Below, in pieces: positions 1 to 8,823 of a stretch of DNA of 64,000 bases (within the stretch, counting starts at the first letter, position 1; each line of letters opens with the position of its first letter). The notes under the pieces were generated by a model. That model had not been told where the DNA came from. It ran no database searches and saw nothing but the letters and a program-made list of their open reading frames with translations. The DNA comes from Chthoniobacterales bacterium (GTDB lineage: Bacteria; Verrucomicrobiota; Verrucomicrobiia; Chthoniobacterales; DASVRZ01), in contig JBBRFA010000003.1 of the NCBI GenBank assembly GCA_038225185.1, positions 10,430-74,429 on the forward strand. The letters run 5' to 3'. Made by a program: the position numbers and the translations under genes.

Positions 1-612
1 TTTGGCAACCCTCTCACCCCGCCCGGGATTGTCACCGAGTTCGGTGGAGCGATCTCAGTCTATACCGATACTAATGTAAATATCGGGCAGGCCCGAATCT
101 TCACCCTGCGCGGTGGTGACATCATCATGTGGTCTTCTAATGGTAATATCGCAGCGGGGACCGCCCCAAAGACAGTGGTTACCGCTCCACCCACACGGGT
201 CGTCTTTGATACGAACAGCGCCGACGTCCAAACCGATTTGGGCGGGTTGGCCACTGGCGGAGGTATCGGCGTGCTAGCCTCGGTTGAAGGGGTGCTTCCT
301 GGCGACGTCGATTTGATTGCGCCTTCTGGTTTCATAGATGCAGGCGACGCGGGTATTCGCACCACCGGAAATCTCAATATTGCTGCTGTGCAAGTTCTTA
401 ACGCTGACAACATCCAGTCTGGCGGCACTAGCACGGGCGTCCCTTCTGTGGTCGCGCCTTCCGTCAATCTCGGTGGCCTTACCGCTGCTGCATCTACTGC
501 CACCTCTTCTTCTGCCGCTGTTAGCGATGTCACCAAGACAAACCAAGAGCAAACCCAGCAGCAGGAGCTTCCTTCGATCATCATCGTCGAGGTCCTCGGT
601 TATGGAGGGTAG
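1..612 (+). CDS. C-terminal end of a large filamentous-haemagglutinin-family (FhaB-like) secreted repeat protein; 5' end outside window
   Basis: Frame 1 is open from base 1 to TAG 610-612. Motifs GDVDLIAPSGFIDAGDAGIRTTGNLNIAAVQVLNADNIQSGG and the terminal IIVEVLGYGG resemble the conserved C-terminal region of filamentous haemagglutinin family proteins. Confidence 0.6.
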   Translation, partial: FGNPLTPPGIVTEFGGAISVYTDTNVNIGQARIFTLRGGDIIMWSSNGNIAAGTAPKTVVTAPPTRVVFDTNSADVQTDLGGLATGGGIGVLASVEGVLPGDVDLIAPSGFIDAGDAGIRTTGNLNIAAVQVLNADNIQSGGTSTGVPSVVAPSVNLGGLTAAASTATSSSAAVSDVTKTNQEQTQQQELPSIIIVEVLGYGG

Positions 613-889
613 TTTGCAAAGCCGACACACGATCAACCCAACCACGAAGTTTTAAAACTATCAAACCGGGCAAAAAGGGTATCAAGGTTGGTTTTAACTT
701 TTACCCCCATATCATTGGTGTCTGGATGATTAATTTCGTCAGTGCCCGCCATGCGACCGTTTTAGTTTCGTAACTTAAACTCCACGTGATCGTTATCATT
801 TCGCCACATTTCGTCACGCAATTGTCACACTTCAATTGATGCTCGGCCCTCCTATTTCGCCTATTATGTTAACTTATCCCTTTTTTCCC

Positions 890-1807
890 ATGAAATTGAG
901 TCTCGTTCTACCCGCCTTTTTTATACCCTTTACCGTCCAAAGTGCCTGCCTCATTCCTGGCTTGCAATCCTCCAATTTTTGGGCAAATCCGGTATCGCAA
1001 GTAACCCATGAACCACCTTCCTCCGCAATTCAAATTCCTTCCTCGCCGGAGGAGAATTTTCAACTTGCTCGCAGGTATCTTGCCGGACAAGGTGTGCCCG
1101 TTGACGAGCGCAAAGCCTTCGCGTTGATGCAGTCTGCCGCTATGCATCAGCACCCCGAAGCCATCTCCAGCCTCGGTTTTTTTTATGCGCAAGGAATTAG
1201 TGTCGAAAAGGACCAGGTCGAGGCTATGAAGTATCTGGAAAAGGCTGCCCGATTAGGTGAGGCCAAAGCCCAACTTAATCTTGGTCTGCTCTTGCTCAAT
1301 CGCATCTCCCCCGAGCCAGATGTCGCTGCGGGCTTGCATTGGGTAAAACAGGCGGCGGACCAAGGCCTGGCCAACGCGATTTCCACCGAGGGAGCGATCT
1401 TCTTGCTCGGGCTCTACGGGCAGCCATCGGATTATGGACGAGCCTTTGAAAAACTTACTGCGGCTGCTGCAAAAGAGGACTCCAATGCCGCTTTTCTTTT
1501 GGGAGGTGCCTACGAAAAAGGTCTCGGTTGGAAGGCGGATGCGAAGCTTGCGGAACGTTGGTATCGGGAAGCAGCAAGGAAAGGACATCGCGGCGCGCAA
1601 AGTAAGCTGGCTCGAATATTGGATCCGCAATCACACGATCCGCAACGCCGCATCGAAGCTCTCTCTTGGCTTCTCCTCGCAGCCGAACAACGTGATCCCG
1701 AATCGGAACAACTGCTTACCGGAATTTTTTTCTCATTGGACAAAGTCGAATTGGTAAAGGCAAACGAAAAAGCTCGTCAAATGGCTGTCGCTCCGAAGAC
1801 TCTTTAG
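890..1807 (+). CDS. Secreted Sel1-like repeat (SLR) protein
   Basis: Several ~36-aa Sel1 units (KAFALMQSAAMHQHPEAISSLGFFYAQGISVEKDQVEAMKYLEKAARLGEAKAQLNLGLLL; AAFLLGGAYEKGLGWKADAKLAERWYREAARKGHRGAQ). ATG 890 gives a signal-peptide-like MKLSLVLPAFFIPFTVQSA; the ORF is open from 836, so the start is uncertain. Confidence 0.8.
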   Translation: MKLSLVLPAFFIPFTVQSACLIPGLQSSNFWANPVSQVTHEPPSSAIQIPSSPEENFQLARRYLAGQGVPVDERKAFALMQSAAMHQHPEAISSLGFFYAQGISVEKDQVEAMKYLEKAARLGEAKAQLNLGLLLLNRISPEPDVAAGLHWVKQAADQGLANAISTEGAIFLLGLYGQPSDYGRAFEKLTAAAAKEDSNAAFLLGGAYEKGLGWKADAKLAERWYREAARKGHRGAQSKLARILDPQSHDPQRRIEALSWLLLAAEQRDPESEQLLTGIFFSLDKVELVKANEKARQMAVAPKTL

Positions 1808-1813
1808 CCTTCC

Positions 1814-4108
1814 ATGGCACCCATCCGAAACCTATCAATCCCAACTCAATCGAAAAAGAAATCTATAACCTCTGCTCGTGACAACCAGGCGGGCGTATCC
1901 CTGACGTCACGGCGGTGGATGATTCTCCTCAGCCTTTTCCTGGTTTTCTTCCTCATTGGTGACGCCTACAATCGCTATCAATTCATCCATCTTTCCACCG
2001 CTGTATCCACGGCGGATCCCGCAGCCAGCGTAACTGGGGCAATGGCTTCTGGAAGCCAACTCCGCCAATTGATCCTTCCCCTCAGTTGTATCGACGGTAA
2101 ATGGTGGCTGATCCACACTGAAAAATTCCTCACCTCTCCCGTCTGGCGCATCCGGGAGAGCACGCAGGACAACGCTCCGGAAGGCCGCGAAGTTTATTGG
2201 AGTTCTGGCCCGATCTGGTTCCTGGGCGCAATCACCCGAGTGGTGCAGGCAATCACTGGTCAACCCCTTAACCAGGCCATTGAGACCGCCATTTTCTTCA
2301 TCGCCCCGCTATCTTTCGTGTTCATGGTCGCAGTTTTGCTCCCTGTCGCACTTCGCCAATTTGGCCGACTCGCCGCGTTCGGACAAATCACTTTTCTAAC
2401 GACCTCCCTCGGATTTTTTCAATACATTCGGGTTGGAGAAAATGATCACCACGGCTATGTCGCCTTTTTTTCTCTTTGCAGCGTCAGTGCCCTGGTCGCC
2501 GGAGTTCTGCGCTGGCGCGGGCTGTCAGAGTCGCCAACCCGCTTGGATTTCGGATCACAAACCGACCGATTCTGGTTCGCGCTTTCCGGGCTTTCGGGAG
2601 CTACGGCCCTGTGGGTTAGTTCAGCCACCCATATTCCCGTTCTCTTCGGCTGCGGCGTGGCCGGTCTCTTAATGGCCTGGCAGAGCCGTCGTCACGCCAC
2701 CGAACCTTTGCCGTGGCGGACATGGGGCTTATACGGCTGCGGAGGCAGTCTCGCTTTCTACTTGCTGGAATATTTTCCCGGTCACATGGGTTGGCGTCTC
2801 GAGGTCAATCACCCGTTTTGGGCCTTCGCCTGGCTGGGCGGGGGAGAAATTCTGCATCGAATTTCCCGCCAGTTTGCCACACCGCGCCCGCCCTGGCGCT
2901 GGAGCGACACGCTGCTCGTCGCCGCAGCTTTATTCGCCGCCGTTCTGCCCATCGCTGCCATTGTCCTCCGGTCAGAGCAGGTCTTCTGGGTCTCCGATAA
3001 ATTTCTCTTCCTGCTTCACGAAACTTACATCGACGAATTCAAATCCCTCCCCGCAACCCTCAAAGACCCGACTGGGCGCACCTTGGCGATCATCAATCTG
3101 TCGTGGCTTGTTGTCCTGCTGCTGGCCGCTGGCTTTTTCCTTATTCAGAAGCGCCTGTCCCTGATCCTGCGGAACGCCCTCGTTCTTTCCCTCGCTCCGG
3201 CCCTCGTCATGCAAATGCTTGCCTTCCATCAAATTCGCTGGGGCGGGATCGCCACCGCCCTCTGGAGTGTCGTTGTGCTTACCGTGCTTTTTATCGGGTC
3301 CAGCAAACGTTCCGGGTTGTTTGTGCCAAAATGGGCTTCCGTTGGGTTTTGCTCCCTCGGACTACTGCTGTGCCTCTTTCACCCGTTACTCACCTTCGTA
3401 AGCGCTGGCCTGATTCTAACCCAATCCGAAGAAGAAAAAAAAGTGACTCCGGGCGACATGGGGCCAGCGATCCTTGCCCGGGACGTCGCTCACCGCCTGG
3501 TCACCTACCAACCAGAGCGGCGCCCAGTGATTCTCTCCGGTCCCAGCGTTTCCACCGAATTGGCCTACTACGGCGGCTGCCGGATGATCGGCACTCTTTA
3601 TTGGGAAAACATGCCCGGGCTGAAAAAAGCTGCCCGCATGTTCTCCGCTGCCACTGATGCCGAGTTGTTTGGACTCCTACAAGCCGGGGCCGTCACCCAC
3701 ATCGTGGTTTTTTCGTGGGACGATTTTGCCGACCAATATTTGTCATTGCTTTCCAAAGCTGAAGGCCGCCCCAAACCGCTCACTTCCGCCCTCGCCGATA
3801 TCGTGCATGAGACACGGCCGCCTCCCCAGTGGCTGCGGCAGCTTCCCTACCGCATTCCCGCCGCCTTTGGCATGCCCGACGCTTGGGCGCACCTCTATGA
3901 GATTGTCCCCGAACAATCCAAAAACGACTGGCTCTTTCACCGGGGCATGGCTCTGGTCGAGGACGCCAAATACCGTCAATCCAAAGCCGTCTTCCAAGAG
4001 CTGGCCATCCTGGACCCGAACGATGCCCGGGCTCGCGACGCCCTTGTGGAACTGGAGGAAGTGATCAATCAACTCCCGGCTAATAAAATTCCACGCTCAT
4101 CGCCATGA
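1814..4108 (+). CDS. Polytopic membrane protein, paralog A (764 aa), possible GT-C/STT3-like glycosyltransferase with C-terminal TPR-like tail
   Basis: Long ORF with many hydrophobic segments. Shares blocks with the next gene (DNAPEGREVYWSSG, DHHGYV, YLLEYFPGHMGWRLEVNHP, GTLYWENMPGLKKAARMFSA). C-terminal AKYRQSKAVFQELAILDPNDARARDALVELEE is TPR-like. The functional call is inference only. Confidence 0.85.
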   Translation: MAPIRNLSIPTQSKKKSITSARDNQAGVSLTSRRWMILLSLFLVFFLIGDAYNRYQFIHLSTAVSTADPAASVTGAMASGSQLRQLILPLSCIDGKWWLIHTEKFLTSPVWRIRESTQDNAPEGREVYWSSGPIWFLGAITRVVQAITGQPLNQAIETAIFFIAPLSFVFMVAVLLPVALRQFGRLAAFGQITFLTTSLGFFQYIRVGENDHHGYVAFFSLCSVSALVAGVLRWRGLSESPTRLDFGSQTDRFWFALSGLSGATALWVSSATHIPVLFGCGVAGLLMAWQSRRHATEPLPWRTWGLYGCGGSLAFYLLEYFPGHMGWRLEVNHPFWAFAWLGGGEILHRISRQFATPRPPWRWSDTLLVAAALFAAVLPIAAIVLRSEQVFWVSDKFLFLLHETYIDEFKSLPATLKDPTGRTLAIINLSWLVVLLLAAGFFLIQKRLSLILRNALVLSLAPALVMQMLAFHQIRWGGIATALWSVVVLTVLFIGSSKRSGLFVPKWASVGFCSLGLLLCLFHPLLTFVSAGLILTQSEEEKKVTPGDMGPAILARDVAHRLVTYQPERRPVILSGPSVSTELAYYGGCRMIGTLYWENMPGLKKAARMFSAATDAELFGLLQAGAVTHIVVFSWDDFADQYLSLLSKAEGRPKPLTSALADIVHETRPPPQWLRQLPYRIPAAFGMPDAWAHLYEIVPEQSKNDWLFHRGMALVEDAKYRQSKAVFQELAILDPNDARARDALVELEEVINQLPANKIPRSSP

Positions 4109-6162
4109 CCAAGCCACCCGCCCGAGACCGCTTTTTTCTCAATCACCCAGCGGTCTTCCTCCTTGCGGTGCTTTTTGCCTGGGCCGTGCTCGGGGCTTCA
4201 ACGTGGGCGAAAATCAAACAAAATCACGGCGTCAGCAAAGTCGATCTCCAAGGTGCCGAACTGCCGCAAGTCGATTTCAATTCACCCACCGGCTACGCTC
4301 TCGGGCAGCGACGCCTTATTTTGCAGGATGTCGATTCCTGTCAATGGATCATGCACACCCAGCGCATGGTCGCGGAAGGCGGCTGGCGCGAGCGATTCGC
4401 CCCGGACGACAATGCCCCACAGGGCCGGGAAATCCACTGGAGCAGCGGTGTGATGTGGTGGTTGGCCGGGTTGGGTAGCCTCCATGCCCGGTTCCTGCAT
4501 CTCCCCGTGGGGGCGGGGATCGAGCAGGCGAGCCTCTGGTCGAACGTCCTTTTTCTCGGCCTCGCCCTCCTCCTTGTGCCCTGGGTGGTGCGCCGCGCTT
4601 TCGGCTGGCTGGCCTCCGCCCTTGGTGCCGTCGCCTTTGTTACCAGTTACTCCTTTGGATCCCAGTTTGCCTCTGGTTGCGTGGATCATCACGGCTGGGT
4701 CTCGCTTGCGGGGCTAATCTTCCTCCTCTTTCTCGCTGCCGGCGGTGGAGGTTGGGTAGCCGGGGACGGCACCGCGCCTTCCCCTGCCCAGGCCCGAAAA
4801 TGGTTTGCTGCCTCCGGGTTTTTTGCGGCGGTAGGGCTCTGGATTAGCGCCGCGACGATTATTCCATTTATCGTCGGCATGGGCCTCGCCGCGATTGTGA
4901 CAGCTTTTCTCCTCGCACCCGCACCCAAGCCTTCCGCCGAGCGGGTCGATCCCTCTCTTTGGCGGCTTTGGGGAAACACCGCTGCGCTCTGTTCCCTCGG
5001 CTTTTATCTGCTCGAATATTTTCCGGATCATTTCGGCTGGCGACTTGAGGTCAATCACCCCTGTTACGCCCTCGCTTTGTGGGGCGGCGGCGAATGGTTA
5101 AGCCGGGTCGTCGGCTGGCGGGCGGGCGGACCATTTTTCTCGGGTGCATCCGATCGTTGGCGAGCCCTGGCAGCCACCGTGGCAATGCTGCTGACCCCGC
5201 TCGCTTTGCTGGCCTTCAAAACCCAGGTCTTCCGGGTGTCCGATCCCTTTCTATGGCAGTTGCACCACGACTACATCTCCGAATTTCTCCCGTTAACCAT
5301 CAAATTTAGCCGTGAACCCTTTCTCTTGCTGGTTATGCTTCTCGGGGCTTTACCTTTGCTCATCTTCGCCGATGCCCGGCTTTTGCGCGGTGTGCCGCTG
5401 GCCATGGGACGGAAAGCAGGCCTCGCGCTCACCCTCGGCGGCGCGTTGCTTCCCTCGTTTCTCGGCCTTAGCCAGTCGCGCTGGTATAATGTTGCCAGCG
5501 GCCCCTGGCTTGCAGTGCTTATCGCCACCGTGGGGTGCTGCACGCTGCTCGCTCATACGGCCCAATACGATTGGTGGGAAAAAATGCTCGGCTTTCTCTT
5601 TGTCATCTTCGTCGTCTTTTACCTCCCGGTTTTTGTTTTTCTCGATGTGCGCGATACCATGCGCAAGCCACCAGATATCGGGATTGGCGGAGATAAAATG
5701 ATCCTCATCCGCGATCTTGCCTATCGCTTGCGACGGACGGAGCCGACCGTGGCGGCGCCCGATCAACCGCCCATTGTGGCCAGCGGCCCGACCAATACAA
5801 CCTGGCTGATGTATTTCGGCGGCTTGCGTGGCTTGGGAACGTTGTATTGGGAAAATCTGGAAGGGTTAAAACGCGCTGCTGAGCTGTTTTCCGCGCCGAC
5901 CAGCCGCGAAGGCGAACGTTTGTTGCGGGAAAATCACGTCTCCTACATCGTGATCACTTCGGGCGAGCCATTCGTTTTCGAATATCCACGGCTCTGGCGG
6001 CGACTTGCAGCCAAAGATCACCCGCAGGACACACTTGCCTACGGTCTGGCTTCTGGCAAAAATATCCCGCTTTGGGCTTCGCCATTGCCCTATCCGATTC
6101 CAAATCGTCAGAAAGAAGGCACGCTCTGGATGGCTCTCTACGACGTGCGGGAGGCACGTTAG
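4105..6162 (+). CDS. Polytopic membrane protein, paralog B (685 aa), possible GT-C/STT3-like glycosyltransferase
   Basis: ATGA start/stop overlap with paralog A. Conserved blocks DDNAPQGREIHWSSG, VDHHGWV, YLLEYFPDHFGWRLEVNHP, GTLYWENLEGLKRAAELFSA. Many hydrophobic segments. Confidence 0.85.
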   Translation: MTKPPARDRFFLNHPAVFLLAVLFAWAVLGASTWAKIKQNHGVSKVDLQGAELPQVDFNSPTGYALGQRRLILQDVDSCQWIMHTQRMVAEGGWRERFAPDDNAPQGREIHWSSGVMWWLAGLGSLHARFLHLPVGAGIEQASLWSNVLFLGLALLLVPWVVRRAFGWLASALGAVAFVTSYSFGSQFASGCVDHHGWVSLAGLIFLLFLAAGGGGWVAGDGTAPSPAQARKWFAASGFFAAVGLWISAATIIPFIVGMGLAAIVTAFLLAPAPKPSAERVDPSLWRLWGNTAALCSLGFYLLEYFPDHFGWRLEVNHPCYALALWGGGEWLSRVVGWRAGGPFFSGASDRWRALAATVAMLLTPLALLAFKTQVFRVSDPFLWQLHHDYISEFLPLTIKFSREPFLLLVMLLGALPLLIFADARLLRGVPLAMGRKAGLALTLGGALLPSFLGLSQSRWYNVASGPWLAVLIATVGCCTLLAHTAQYDWWEKMLGFLFVIFVVFYLPVFVFLDVRDTMRKPPDIGIGGDKMILIRDLAYRLRRTEPTVAAPDQPPIVASGPTNTTWLMYFGGLRGLGTLYWENLEGLKRAAELFSAPTSREGERLLRENHVSYIVITSGEPFVFEYPRLWRRLAAKDHPQDTLAYGLASGKNIPLWASPLPYPIPNRQKEGTLWMALYDVREAR

Positions 6163-6257
6163 CCTGGGAGTTTTTCGGGTAGAGGCGCGGCCCAAGACGT
6201 ATTGCCGAAGGTGCCTCGCCTTCGTTGTCTTTGGGTGGTGAGTGCCCATTAATGGGT

Positions 6258-6309
6258 GAACAAGCTTCCAGCTTGTGGCCTATATCGATAACAAGCTGGA
6301 AGCTTGTTC
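6258..6309. repeat. Perfect 19-bp inverted repeat (GAACAAGCTTCCAGCTTGT / ACAAGCTGGAAGCTTGTTC) with a 14-nt loop
   Basis: Read directly: arms at 6258-6276 and 6291-6309 are exact reverse complements. It lies in the 330-bp gap between convergent genes. No clear T-run follows. Confidence 0.8.
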
Positions 6310-6428
6310 TACCTTGCACTTTTCGATTGTCGCCTAATGTGGCGGCAGGCCTTTCGCCAGAAGGAGGATGAGTGCCGCTTCCGGCGAGGGCGCCCGGAAG
6401 GACACGCGCAGGCGCATGTGCTCCCCAC

Positions 6429-6465
6429 AAAACAAAACTGGCGCCGGACTTTCGTCCGGCGCCAG
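6429..6465 (-). terminator. Rho-independent terminator of the minus-strand two-gene unit 8823->6493
   Basis: 12-bp GC-rich stem CTGGCGCCGGAC (6438-6449) / GTCCGGCGCCAG (6454-6465) with a 4-nt loop. On the minus strand it is followed by TTTTGTTTT (6437-6429), 28 nt after the stop at 6493. Confidence 0.75.
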
Positions 6466-6492
6466 CTTGATTAGACTTAAACTAAGCTTGGC

Positions 6493-7872
6493 TTAGAGGT
6501 CGGTGATGGTTGCGCCGTCGGCACCACGATCCACGCTCATCTCACCGAGGGTGAGACCGTTGCCGCCGATGTTGATCGGCAATTGCACCGCTGCGAAGAT
6601 GTTGTCGAAGAAGGTCGTCAACTCAGGACCCGTGGCACCAGTGGTGCCGGCGGATACCAAGTAGCCATACATGTTCTCAAAGCTCCAGAAGGTGTAAGCC
6701 CCGTTGGCCACCTTGGCTTTGTCAGCAACCGAGAGACCGCCGCCACCTGCGGTGACCGGGGTGATGGAGACACCGTTCCAGGCGATGACGCGAGGTTGGG
6801 TGGTGCCATTGCCGAGACCGTTGGTCGGGCCAGTGGTGTTACCGATGGCTGCTGCCGCGTCTTCCGTGGCAAGCACAGTAATCAGGGAAGCGTTTTCGTT
6901 GAGGATCAGGTTATTGGCTTCATCGCGAATCTCGACGTTACCGTTGAGAGCGTTCTGTTGGAACTGAGTGCGCAGGGTGCTGCCGCTGCTGTAGCCACCG
7001 TTACCGGGTTGGTCGGTGTTAAACAGGGTGGAGGCGTTGTTACCGTCTGCCGTTGGCCAGCGACGGAGCGAGGTAATTAGGTTGGAGCCGACCGTCAGGC
7101 GGTATTGTTCAATCAAGCGATCGTTGCTGGTAGGCCCTTGATCACCACTGTGGTTCTCCAAGAGATAAACTGAACGAGTGCCAGAGCCATCGTTCCGTCC
7201 CGTCCAATAGAGGCTGTTACCACTGTCAGCATCAGCCTGAAGCCCAGTGATGTTGCCCAAATTCAAGAAACCGTCTGCCTGCAGAGCACGCAGTTGGTTA
7301 TCGTTGATGTTGGTGATGTTGGCCGAGGATCCGCGGGCCAGCATCGGCACGAAGGTGAGGACGCCGACTTTACCACCAGTGAAGGTGAGGTTGCTTTGCG
7401 GCGTGACCAGAGTTTCCACATCGGAGAACGCGATCTTGGCCTGGTTCTCAGTCACGAACCCGGAATTGTAGTTCGAGGTGCCACCAGTGATGCTGTTACC
7501 GACGATGGTCAAGGCTGTGCCGGTGACCGAGGTGGGGATGTAAGATGCATTACCAGCCGTGTTGTTGAAGTTGGCGATCGCACGGATACCTTCCGTCGAA
7601 CCGCTCCAACTGGTGCGAATGGTGGTGGTGCCAGAGATACCAGGGAACGTGCCGGTAAAGATGTGCTGGTTGGCATTACCAAAGTTGCTACCCGTGTAGG
7701 CCACGGTGCAATTACTGGCATTGTTTGGCAGCACGCCAAAAGCGCGAGCAATGGCGGAGACGGCGGACGCGCGGAAAGCGGTCGCACCGGTGATTTTGAT
7801 GTCGGCAGCGCCGGAGGTGGCAACTGAAGTGACGACAGCTGTGGCTGCCAGGAGTATGGATTTAATTTTCAT
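6493..7872 (-). CDS. Secreted G/T/N/S-rich protein, possibly a PstS/PBP-like-2 periplasmic-binding fold with insertions
   Basis: Signal peptide MKIKSILLAATAVVTSVATSGAA. Blocks ITGATAFRA, SWSGSTEGIRAI, KIAFSDVE, WTGRNDGSGTR, YTFWSFENMY resemble phosphate-binding-protein-like domains. No transporter genes are adjacent. Confidence 0.7.
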   Translation of the reverse strand: MKIKSILLAATAVVTSVATSGAADIKITGATAFRASAVSAIARAFGVLPNNASNCTVAYTGSNFGNANQHIFTGTFPGISGTTTIRTSWSGSTEGIRAIANFNNTAGNASYIPTSVTGTALTIVGNSITGGTSNYNSGFVTENQAKIAFSDVETLVTPQSNLTFTGGKVGVLTFVPMLARGSSANITNINDNQLRALQADGFLNLGNITGLQADADSGNSLYWTGRNDGSGTRSVYLLENHSGDQGPTSNDRLIEQYRLTVGSNLITSLRRWPTADGNNASTLFNTDQPGNGGYSSGSTLRTQFQQNALNGNVEIRDEANNLILNENASLITVLATEDAAAAIGNTTGPTNGLGNGTTQPRVIAWNGVSITPVTAGGGGLSVADKAKVANGAYTFWSFENMYGYLVSAGTTGATGPELTTFFDNIFAAVQLPINIGGNGLTLGEMSVDRGADGATITDL

Positions 7873-7929
7873 GGATTTAATTTTCTACTTTATTTTCTAT
7901 TTTTATTTAACTGATTGGGTGGATTGAAT

Positions 7930-8823
7930 TTAAACTGACTTTTTGGCGCGACGACGGGTCGAACCAAAAAAACCTAATGCGCTAAGACCAAGTAACGCAA
8001 ATGTGGAAGGTTCTGGGACAGCAACGAAGGAGACATCGCCAGCCTGATTGATGGTGATCGAGCCGAGATAGTCGTAGGCTTGGACAGTATCGAAATCGGG
8101 AGTGTTGGTTGCGTTGACAAAGCGGGCTTGACGATAGAGATCGATTACGCCTTCGACTGTGCCAGCGGCTCCGAACGTGCCGAAGGAACCAGCTCCAAAG
8201 TTAAACTGGACGCCTGTGGTTTGACCACTGAAGGCGGTAGCCTGAACTCCTGCGTTGACTTGGTTAAAATCTTCCCAGGTATTCGCGGTCTGCGCACCGG
8301 CATAGATTCCGCTTACCTCGCGCGCATCGAATGCCGCTGAAAACTGCCGGACGAACGAAGCAGAAGTGGAAGCACTTCCGGTCGGATTCGAATTGCGAGC
8401 TCCCACGCTTCCAACTCCCACGCGACGTTCCGTGATGTAGATCGTCTGGTTGGGATCTTGCGCACCTATTATACCAGTAAAACCGGCGGTATTGCTGTTA
8501 TTTTGACCGGCAACGCCACGGTTACCGGCAGCACCAAAATAAAGATCAGTATTGTCAAACCAGTTCGCACCACCGAGCGCGATCAGTTGAGTGCTGATGT
8601 TGCCGATGTTGATGACGTTGGTTGCATTACGAGGTGCACCCCCGTCGCGAAACCGGGTAATAGTCGATCCAAGGTTCACCTCGAGCGAGAGGTTGTTGGT
8701 CGGGTTGACTTGGAAGCCGAGGATCAAGTCCTCGTCGTTGTAAGTGGCGTCGAACTGAGCGTTCGCCATGGGGACGAACGTCGCAGCAGCGACGGCACTC
8801 AAGATATATTGATTGAGTTTCAT
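7930..8823 (-). CDS. PEP-CTERM sorting-domain secreted protein
   Basis: N-terminal signal peptide (MKLNQYILSAVAAATFVPMANA) and a C-terminal VPEPSTFALLGLSALGFFGSTRRRAKK (PEP motif, TM helix, basic tail). Confidence 0.85.
   Translation of the reverse strand: MKLNQYILSAVAAATFVPMANAQFDATYNDEDLILGFQVNPTNNLSLEVNLGSTITRFRDGGAPRNATNVINIGNISTQLIALGGANWFDNTDLYFGAAGNRGVAGQNNSNTAGFTGIIGAQDPNQTIYITERRVGVGSVGARNSNPTGSASTSASFVRQFSAAFDAREVSGIYAGAQTANTWEDFNQVNAGVQATAFSGQTTGVQFNFGAGSFGTFGAAGTVEGVIDLYRQARFVNATNTPDFDTVQAYDYLGSITINQAGDVSFVAVPEPSTFALLGLSALGFFGSTRRRAKKSV

Noticed and set aside
5954-6430. 158-aa minus-strand ORF in the structured intergenic region
   Set aside because: It overlaps the 3' end of the paralog-B gene and the hairpin region. 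The sequence is Arg/Pro/Ala-rich with no motif, and it sits upstream of, not after, the minus-strand terminator logic. It is likely non-coding.
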